In this document: piece after piece, positions 1-9,800 of the stretch
Layout of the letters: each line of letters starts with the position of its first letter
Numbering within the stretch: position 1 is the stretch's first letter
Assembly: GCF_009914755.1 (NCBI RefSeq)
Contig: NC_060933.1
DNA from: the human T2T-CHM13v2.0 reference genome, Homo sapiens
DNA: 64,000 bases
Direction: 5' to 3' (one strand)
The notes under the pieces: generated by a model
Told to the model about the DNA's origin: nothing
The model's input: the letters and a program-made list of their open reading frames with translations, nothing else
Database searches by the model: none
Made by a program: the position numbers and the translations under genes

Positions 1-11
1 CAATGGAATGG

Positions 12-215
12 AATCAACCCGAGTGCAATCGAATGGAACCGAATGGAATGGAATGCAATGGAATGGATTCAACTTGAATGGAATGGAAAGAATGGAATCA
101 ACACGAGTGGAATGGCATGGATTGGAATGGAATGGAATGGAATCAACCCGAGTACAGGGGAATGGAATGGAATGGAATGCAATGGAATGGAATCATCCGT
201 AATGGAATGGAAAGG
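12..215 (+). repeat. Recurrent core module (pHuR98-like): CAACCCGAGTGCAATCG...GGATTCAACTTG...GGAAAGAATGG-CAACACGAGT...GGCATGGATTGG...CAACCCGAGTACAGGGG...CATCCGTAAT
   Basis: Recurs dozens of times, e.g. starting near 3844, 4707, 5536, 10987 and 39795. It begins with AATCAACCCGAGTGCAATCG (12-31), which I recall as the primer used for the chr9 SatIII clone pHuR98; this recall is unverified. Confidence 0.7.
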
Positions 216-458
216 AATGGAATGGAATGGAATGGAATGGAATGGAATGGAATGGAATCAACTCGATTGCAATCGAATGGAATGGAATGGAATTAACCCG
301 AATAGAATGGAATGGAATGGAATGGAACGGAACTGAATGGAATGGAATGGAATGGAATGGAATGGAACGGAAAGGAAGGGAATGGAATGGAATAGAATGG
401 AATGGAATGGAATCAACGCGAGTGCAGGGGAATGGAATGGAATGGAATGCAATGGAAT

Positions 459-473
459 GGAATCTTCCGGAAT
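459..473. promoter_or_regulatory. Perfect 3-unit heat-shock element gGAAtcTTCcgGAAt (first of ~39 copies)
   Basis: Exact match to nGAAnnTTCnnGAAn. Other copies start near 1257, 2035, 4293, 5146, 5975, 8831, 10588, 11656, 13987, 15384, 16782, 18000, 18554, 19563, 21391, 22599, 23507, 25355, 26203, 26881, 30328, 31176, 32629, 36562, 37405, 40239, 43829, 44602, 45969, 46179, 47546, 48596, 51376, 53254, 54122, 54975, 56678 and 62780. Occupancy is inferred. Confidence 0.7.
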
Positions 474-3463
474 GGAATGGAATGGAATGGAATGGAATGG
501 AATGGAATGGAATCAACCCTAGTGCAATGGAATGGAGTGGAATGGAATGGAATGGAATGGAACAACCCGAATGGAATGGAATGTAATGGAGAGTAAGGGA
601 GTTGAATAGAATCAATCCGAATGCAATGGAATGGAATGGAACGGAATGGAATTGAATGGAATGGAATGGAATGCAATGGAATGGAATCAACCCGAGTGCA
701 ATGGAATGGAGAGGAATGGAATGGAATGGAATGGAAACTACCCGAATGGAATGGAATGTAATGGAGTGTATGGGAATTGAATAGAATCAATCCGAATGTA
801 ATGGAATGGAATGGAACGGAATGGAATGGAATGGAATGGAATGGAATGGAATGGAATGGAATGGAATGCAATGGAATGGAATCAACTTGAATGGAATGGA
901 AAGAATGGAATCAACACGAGTGGAATGGCATGGATTGGAATGGAATGGAATGGAATCAACCCGAGTACAGGGGAATGGAATGGAATGGAATGCAATGGAA
1001 TGGAATCATCCGTAATGGAATGGAAAGTAATGGAATGGAATGGAATGGAATGGAATGGAATGGAATGGAATGGAATCAACTCGATTGCAATCGAATGGAA
1101 TGGAATGGAATTAACCCGAATAGAATGGAATGGAATGGAATGGAACGGAACGGAATGGAATGCAATGGAATGGAACGGAACGGAATGGAATGGAATGGAA
1201 GGGAATGGAATCAACGCGAGTGCAGGGGAATGGAATGGAATGGAATGCAATGGAATGGAAACTTCCGGAATGGAATGGAATGGAATGGAATGGAATCAAT
1301 CATTCCGAGTGGAATGGAAGGGAATGTAATGGAGTGGAAAGAAGGGAATGGAATCAACCCGAGTGGAATGCAAGGCAATGGAATGGAATGGAAAGGAATG
1401 GAATGGAATCAACTCGATTGCAATGGAATGGAATGGAATGGAATGGAATGGAATGGAATGGAATTAACCGGAATAGAATGGAATGGAATGGAATGGAACG
1501 GAATGGAATGGAATGGAAGGGAATGGAATCAACACGAGTGCAGGGGAATGGAATGGAATGGAATGCAATGGAATGGAATCATCCGGAATGGAATGGAATG
1601 GAATGGAATCAACTCCATTGCAATGGAATGGAATGGAATGGAATGGAATAGAATAGAATGGAATTAACCCGAATAGAATGGAATGCAATAGAATGGAATG
1701 CAACAGAACCGAATGGAGTGGAATGGAATGGAATGGAATCAACCCGAGTACAGGGGAATGGAATGGAATGGAATGCAATGGAATGGAGTCATCCGTAATG
1801 GAATGGAAAGGAATGGAATGGAATGGAATGGAATGGAATGGAATGGAATCAACTCGATGGCAATCGAATGGAATGGAATGGAATTAACCCGAATAGAATG
1901 GAATGGAATGGAATGGAACGGAACGGAATGGAATGGAATGGAATGGAATGGAACGGAACGGAATGGAATGGAATGGAATGGAATGGAATCAACCCGAGTG
2001 CAGGGGAATGGAATGGAATGGAATGCAATCGAATGGAATCTTCCGGAATGGAATGCAATGGAACGGAATGGAATGAAAGGCAATGGATTCAACTCGATTG
2101 CAATGGAATGGAATAGAATGGAATGGAATGGAATGGAATGGAATGGAATGGAATTGAATGGAATGGAATACTTTCAAACCGAATGGAATGGAAAGGAATG
2201 GAATCAACACGAGTGGAAAGGAATGGAATGGAAAGGAATGGAATGGAATGGAATGGTACGGAATAGAATGGAATGGAACGAACTGGAATGGAATGGAATG
2301 GAATGGAATGGAATGGAATGGAATGGAATGGAATCGTTCCGAGTGGAATAGGATGGAATGTATTCGAGTGGAATGGAAAGGAATGGAATCAACCAGAGTG
2401 GAATGGAAGGGAATGGAATGGAATGGAATCTAATAGAATGGAATCAACCCGAGTGGAATGGAATGGAAAGGACTGGAATGGAATGGAATGGAATGGAATG
2501 GAAGGGAATCAACTCGATTGTAATGGAATGGAATGGAATGGAATGGAATGGAATGGAATTAACCCGAATACAATGGAATGGAATGCAATGGAACGGAATG
2601 GAGTGGAATGGAATGGAATCAACCCGAGTGCAGGGGAATGGAATGGAATGGAATGCAATGGAATGGAATCATCCAGAATGGAATGGAATGGAATGGAATG
2701 CAAAGCAATGGAATCAACTCGATTGCAATGGAATGGAATGGAATGGAAAGGAATAGAATGGAATCAACCCGAGTGTAATGGAATGGAAAGAACTGGAATG
2801 GAGTGGAATGGAATGGAATGGAAAGGAATGGAATCAACTCGATTGTAATGGAATGGAATGGAATGGAATGGAATTAACCCGAATAGAATGGAATGGAATG
2901 GAATGGAACGGAATGGAATGGAATGGAATGGAATGGAATGGAATGGAATGGAATCATCCGGAACGGAATGGAATGGAATGGAATGGAATCAACTCGATTG
3001 CAATGGAATGGAATGGAATGGAATGGAATCGAATGGAATGGAGTGGAATTAACAGGAATAGAATGGAATGGAATGGAATGGAACGGAATGAAATGGAAGG
3101 GAATGCAATGGAATGGAATGGAATCAACCCGAGTGCAGGGGAATGGAATGGAATGGAATGCAATGGAATGGAATCATCCGGAATGGAATGGAATGGAATG
3201 GAATGCAATCAACCTGATGCAATGGAATGGAATGGAATGGAATGGAATGGAATGGAATGGAAACATCCCGAATGGAATGGAATGTAATGGAGTGTAAGGG
3301 AATTGAATAGAATCAATCCGAATGTAATGTAATGGAATGGAATGAAATGGAATGGAATGGAATGGAATGGAATGGAATCAACCCGAGTGCAATGGAATGG
3401 ATTCGAATGGAATGGAATGGAATGGAATGGATTCAACAAGAATGGAATGGAAAGGAATGGAAT

Positions 3464-3843
3464 CAACACGAGTGTAATGGAATGGAGAGGAATGGAATGG
3501 AATGGAATGGAAACTACCCGAATGGAATGGAATGTAATGGAGTGTAAGGGAATTGAATAGAATCAATCCGAATGTAATGGAATGGAATGGAACGGAATGG
3601 AATGGAATGGAGTGGAATGGAATGGAATGGAATGGAATGCAATGGAATGGAATCAACCCGAGTGCAATGGAATGGAGAGGAATGGAATGGAATGGAATGG
3701 AAACTACCCGAATGGAATGGAATGTAATGGAGTGTAAGGGAATTGAATAGAATCAATCCGAATGTAATGGAATGGAATGGAACGGAATGGAATGGAATGG
3801 AGTGGAATGGAATGGAATGGAATGGAATGCAATGGAATGGAAT
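3464..3843 (+). repeat. Tandem 190-bp duplication (2 units)
   Basis: The GGAGAGG...AAACTACCCG...GTGTAAGGGAATTGAATAG block repeats at offset 190, including a shared GGAGTGG variant. ORFs start at 3553 and 3743. Confidence 0.85.
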
Positions 3844-6800
3844 CAACCCGAGTGCAATCGAATGGAACCGAATGGAATGGAATGCAATGGAATGGATTCA
3901 ACTTGAATGGAATGGAAAGAATGGAATCAACACGAGTGGAATGGCATGGATTGGAATGGAATGGAATGGAATCAACCCGAGTACATGGGAATGGAATGGA
4001 ATGGAATGCAATGGAATGGAATCATCCGTAATGGAATGGAAAGGAATGGAATGGAATGGAATGGAATGGAATGGAATGGAATGGAATGGAATCAACTCGA
4101 TTGCAATCGAATGGAATGGAATGGAATTAACCCGAATAGAATGGAATGGAATGGAATGGAACGGAACTGAATGGAATGGAATGGAATGGAATGGAATGGA
4201 ACGGAAAGGAAGGGAATGGAATGGAATAGAATGGAATGGAATGGAATCAACGCGAGTGCAGGGGAATGGAATGGAATGGAATGCAATGGAATGGAATCTT
4301 CCGGAATGGAATGGAATGGAATGGAATGGAATGGAATGGAATGGAATCAACCCTAGTGCAATGGAATGGAGTGGAATGGAATGGAATGGAATGGAACAAC
4401 CCGAATGGAATGGAATGTAATGGAGAGTAAGGGAGTTGAATAGAATCAATCCGAATGCAATGGAATGGAATGGAACGGAATGGAATTGAATGGAATGGAA
4501 TGGAATGCAATGGAATGGAATCAACCCGAGTGCAATGGAATGGAGAGGAATGGAATGGAATGGAATGGAAACTACCCGAATGGAATGGAATGTAATGGAG
4601 TGTAAGGGAATTGAATAGAATCAATCCGAATGTAATGGAATGGAATGGAACGGAATGGAATGGAATGGAATGGAATGGAATGGAATGGAATGCAATGGAA
4701 TGGAATCAACCCGAGTGCAATCGAATGGAATCGAATGGAATGGAATGCAATGGAATGGATTCAACTTGAATGGAATGGAAAGAATGGAATCAACACGAGT
4801 GGAATGGCATGGATTGGAATGGAATGGAATGGAATCAACCCGAGTACAGGGGAATGGAATGGAATGGAATGCAATGGAATGGAATCATCCGTAATGGAAT
4901 GGAAAGGAATGGAATGGAATGGAAAGGAATGCAATGGAATGGAATGGAATGGAATGGAATCAACTCGATTGCAATCGAATGGAATGGAATGGAATTAACC
5001 CGAATAGAATGGAATGGAATGGAATGGAACGGAACGGAATGGAATGGAATGGAATGGAATGGAATGGAACGGAACGGAACGGAATGGAATGGAATGGAAT
5101 CAACGCGAGTGCAGGGGAATGGAATGGAATGGAATGCAATGGAATGGAATCTTCCGGAATGGAATGGAATGGAATGGAATGCAATGGAATGGATTCAACC
5201 CGAGTTCAATGAAATGGAGAGGAATGGAATGGAATGGAATGGAAATTACCCGAATGGAATGGAATGTAATGGAGTGTAAGGGAATTGAATAGAATCAATC
5301 CGAATGTAATGGAATGGAATGGAACGGAATGGAATGGAATGGAATGGAATGGAATGGAATCAACCCGAGTGCAATGGAATGGAGAGGAATGGAATGGAAT
5401 GGAATGGAAACTACCCGAATGGAATGGAATGTAATGGAGTGTAAGGGAATTGAATAGAATGAATCCGAATGGAATGGAATGGAATGGAATGGAATGGAAT
5501 GGAATGGAATGGAATGGAATGCAATGCCATGGAATCAACCCGAGTGCAATCGAATGGAATCGAATGGAATGGAATGCAATGGAATGGATTCAACTTGAAT
5601 GGAATGGAAAGAATGGAATCAACACGAGTGGAATGGCATGGATTGGAATGGAATGGAATGGAATCAACCCGAGTACAGGGGAATGGAATGGAATGGAATG
5701 CAATGGAATGGAATCATCCGTAATGGAATAGAAAGGAATGGAATGGAATGGAATCGAATGGAATGGAATGGAATGGAGTCAACTCGATTGCAATCGAATG
5801 CAATGGAATGGAATTAACCCAAATAGAATGGAATGGAATGGAATGGAATGGAACGGAACGGAATGGAATGGAATGGAATGGAATGGAACGGAACGGAACG
5901 GAATGGAATGGAATGGAATGGAATGGAATCAACGCGAGTGCAGGGGAATGGAATGGAATGAAATGCAATGGAATGGAATCTTCCGGAATGGAATGGAATG
6001 GAATGGAATTGAATGGAATGAAATGCAATGGATTCAACTCGATTGCAATGGAATGGAACAGAATGGAATGGAATGGAATGGAATGGAATTAACCCGAATA
6101 GAATGGAATGGAATGCAATGGAACGGAATGGAATGGAATGGAATGGAATGGAATGGAATGGAATGGAATGGAATGGTATGGAATGGAATGGAATGGTACG
6201 GAATAGAATGGAATGGAACGAATTGTAATGGAATGGAATTGAATGGAATGGAATGGAATAAACGCGAGTGCAGGGGAATGTAATGGAACGGAATGCAATG
6301 GAATGGAATCATCCGGAATGGAATGGAATGGAATGGAATGGAATGGAATCAACCCGAGTGCAATGGAATGGAGTGGAATGGAATGGAATGTAGTGGAAAA
6401 CACGAATGGAATGGAATGGAATGGAGAGTAAGGGAGTTGAATAGAATCAATCTGAATGTAATGGAATGCAACGGAATGGAATGGAATGGAATGGAATGGA
6501 ATGCAATGGAATGGAATCAACCCGAGTACAATGGAATGGAATGGAATGGAATGGAATGGAATGCCTTCAAACCGAATGGAATGGAAAGGAATGGAATCAA
6601 CACGAGTGGAATGGAATGGAATGGAATGATACGGAACAGAATGGAATGGAACGAAATGGAATGGAATGGAATGGAATGGAATGGAATGGAAAGGAATGGA
6701 ATCGTTCCGAGTGGAGTAGGAGGGAATGTATTCGAGTGGAATGGAAAGGAATGGAATCAACCAGAGTGGAATGGAAGGGAATGGAATGGAATGGAAACTA

Positions 6801-9800
6801 ATAGAATGGAATCAACCCGAGTGGAATGGAATGGAAAGGACTGGAATGGAATGGAATGGAATGGAATCAACTCGATTGTAATGGAATGGAATGGAATGGA
6901 ATGGAATGGAATGGAATTAACCCGAATACAATGGAATGGAATGGAATGGAACGGAATGGAGTGGAATGGAATGGAATCAACCCAAGTGCAGGGGAATGGA
7001 ATGGAATGGAAAGCAATGAAATGGAATAATCCAGAATGGAATGGAATGGAATGGAATGCAAAGCAATGGAATCAACTCGATTGCAATGGAATGGAATGGA
7101 ATGGAAAGGAATACATTGGAATCAACCCGAGTGGAATGGAATGGAAAGGACTGGAATGGAGTGGAATGGAATGGAATGGAATGGAATGGAATGCAATGGA
7201 ATGGAATCATCCGGAATGGAATGGAATGGAATGGAATGCAATCAACCTGATGCAATGGAATGGAGTGGAATGGAATGGAATGGAATGGAAACATCCCGAA
7301 TGGAATGGAATGTAATGGACTGTAAGGGAATTGAATAGAATCAATCCGAATGTAATGGAATGGAATGGAATGAAATGGAATGGAATGGAATGGAATGGAA
7401 TCAACCCGAGTGCAATGGAATGGATTCGAATGGAATGGAATGGAATGGAATGGAATCAACTCGATTGGAATGGAATGGAATGGATTGGAATGGAATGGAA
7501 TGGAATTAACCCGAATAGAATGGAATGGAATGGAATTGAACGGAATGGAATGGAATGGAATGGAATGGAATGGAATCAACCCGACTGCAGGGGAATGGAA
7601 TGGAATGGAATGGAATGGAATGGAATGGAATCATCCGGAACAGAATGGACTGGAAAGGAATGGAATCAACTCGATTGCAATGGAATGGAATGGAATGGAA
7701 TTTAATCCAATGGAATGGAATGGAATTAACCGGAATAGAATGGAATGGAATGGAATGGAACGGAATGGAATGGAATGGAATGGAATGGAATCAACCCGAG
7801 TGCAGGGGAATGGAATGGAATGGAATGCAATGGAATGGAATCATCCGCAATGGAATGGAATGGAATGGAATGCAATCAACCTGATGCAATGGAATGGAGT
7901 GGAATGGAATGGAATGGAATGGAAACATCCCGAATGGAATGGAATGTAATGGAGTGTAAGGGAATTGAATAGAATCAATCCGAATGTAATGGAATGGAAT
8001 GGAATGAAATGGAATGGAATGGAATGGAATGGAATCAACCCGAGTGCAATGGAATGGATTCGAATGGAATGGAATGGAATGGAATGGATTCAACAAGAAT
8101 GGAATGGAAAGGAATGGAATCAACCCGAGTGTAATGGCATGGAATGGAACGGAATGGAATGGGATGGAATGGAATGGTATGGAATAGAATGGAATAGAAT
8201 GAAATGGAATGGAATGGAATGGAATGGAATGGAATGAACCCGTGTGCAATGGAATGGAATGGAATGGAATGGAATGGATTCAACTCGAATGGAATCAACT
8301 CGATTGCAATGGAATGGAATGGAATTGAAAGGAATAGAATGGAATCAACACGAGTGGAATGGAATGGAAAGGACTGGAATGGAGTGGAATGGAATGGAAT
8401 GGAATTAACACGAATAGAATGAAATGGAACGGAATGGAATGGAATGTAATGGAATGGAATGGAATGGAATCAACCCGAGTTCAGGGGAATGGAATGGAAT
8501 GGAATGCAATGGAATGGAATCATCCGGAATGGAATGGAATGGAATGGAATGGAATGGAATGGAATGGAATGGAATGGCATCAACTCGATTTCAATGGAAT
8601 GGAATGGAATAGAATGGAATGGAATTAACACGAATAGAATGGAATGGAATGGAATTGAATTGAACAGAAAGGAATGGAATAGAATGGAATGGAATCAACC
8701 CAAGTGCAGGGGAATGGAATGGAATGGAATTCAATGGAATGGAATCATCCGGAATGGAATGGAATGGAATGGAATGGAATGGAATCAACGCGAGTGCTGG
8801 GGAATGGAATGGAATGGAATGCAATGGAATGGAATCTTCCGGAATGGAATGGAATGGAATGGAATGAAATGCAATGGATTCAACTCGATTGCAATGGAAT
8901 GGAATAGAATGGAATGGAATGGAATGGAATGGAATTAATTCGAATAGAATGGAATGGAATGGAATGGAACGGAATGGAACGGAATGGAATGGAGTGGAAT
9001 GGAATGGAATGGTATGGAATGGAATGGAATGGTACGGAATAGAATGGAATGGAACGAATTGTAATGGAATGGAATTGAATGGAATGGAATGGAATGGAAT
9101 GGAATCAACGCGAGTGCAGGGGAATGTAATGGAACGGAAGGCAAAGGAATGGAATCATACGGAATGGAATGGAATGGAATGGAATGGAATGGAATGGAAT
9201 CAACCCGAGTGCAATGGAATGGTGTGGAATGGAATGGAATGGAATGGAACAACCCGAATGGAATGGAATGTAATGGAGACTAAGGGAGTTGAATAGAATC
9301 AATCCGAATGTAATGGAATGGAAAGCAACGGAATGGAATGGAATGGAATGGAATGGAATGGAATGCAATGGAATTGAATCAACCCGAGTACAATGGAATG
9401 GAATGGAACGGAATGGAATGGAATGGAATGGAATGGAATGAAATGATACGGAATAGAATGGAATGGAACGAAATGAATGGAATGGAATGGAATGGAATGG
9501 AATCGTTCCGAGTGGAATAGGAGGGAATGTATTCGAGTGGAATGGAAAGGAATGGAATCAACCAGAGTGGAATGGAAGGGAATGGAATGGAATGGAAACT
9601 AATAGAATGGAATCAACCCGAGAGGAATGGAATGGAAAGGACTGGAATGGAATGGAATGGAATGGAATCAACTCGATTGTAATGGAATGGAATGGAATGG
9701 AATGGAATGGAATGGAATGGAATTAACCTGAATACAATGCAATGGAATGGAATGGAACGGAATGGAGTGGAATGGAATGGAATCAACCCGAGTGCAGGGG

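Larger units (their letters stand above)
1..870 (+). repeat. Near-identical copy of ~3830-4700 (offset ~3.83 kb), truncated by the window start
   Basis: Shared rare variants GGAACCGAAT (~35/3864), GAACTGAAT (~330/4164), CAACCCTAGT (514/4348) and TCCGAATGCAAT. Identical ORFs 258..452/4092..4286 and 337..522/4171..4356. Confidence 0.85.

Noticed and set aside
424-432. G-quadruplex from CAGGGG / GG runs
   Set aside because: G3-G4 runs are isolated, with never four in proximity. GG-only repeats of this type are described as forming G-A stem-loops instead.
604-614. DUX4 site (GAATAGAATCA)
   Set aside because: It mismatches the TAAYBBAATCA consensus at the critical TAA, and DUX4 binding is established for HSat2 rather than evident here.
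585-625. GGAGAGTAAGGGAGTTGAATAGAATCAATCCG as inserted foreign DNA or a splice donor
   Set aside because: It stays in the 5-bp register and parses as diverged pentamers. The GTAAG match has no exon context.
2470-2474. GGACT (DRACH m6A consensus) in the AAGGACTGG module
   Set aside because: It is a single substitution from GGAAT, so expected by chance; nothing in the sequence indicates use.
1-4700. Regular ~3.5-3.8 kb higher-order repeat such as Yq12 DYZ1
   Set aside because: The 3.83-kb offset holds for only one block, and landmark spacings range 0.6-9.4 kb. The pentamer is also much purer than I recall for DYZ1.
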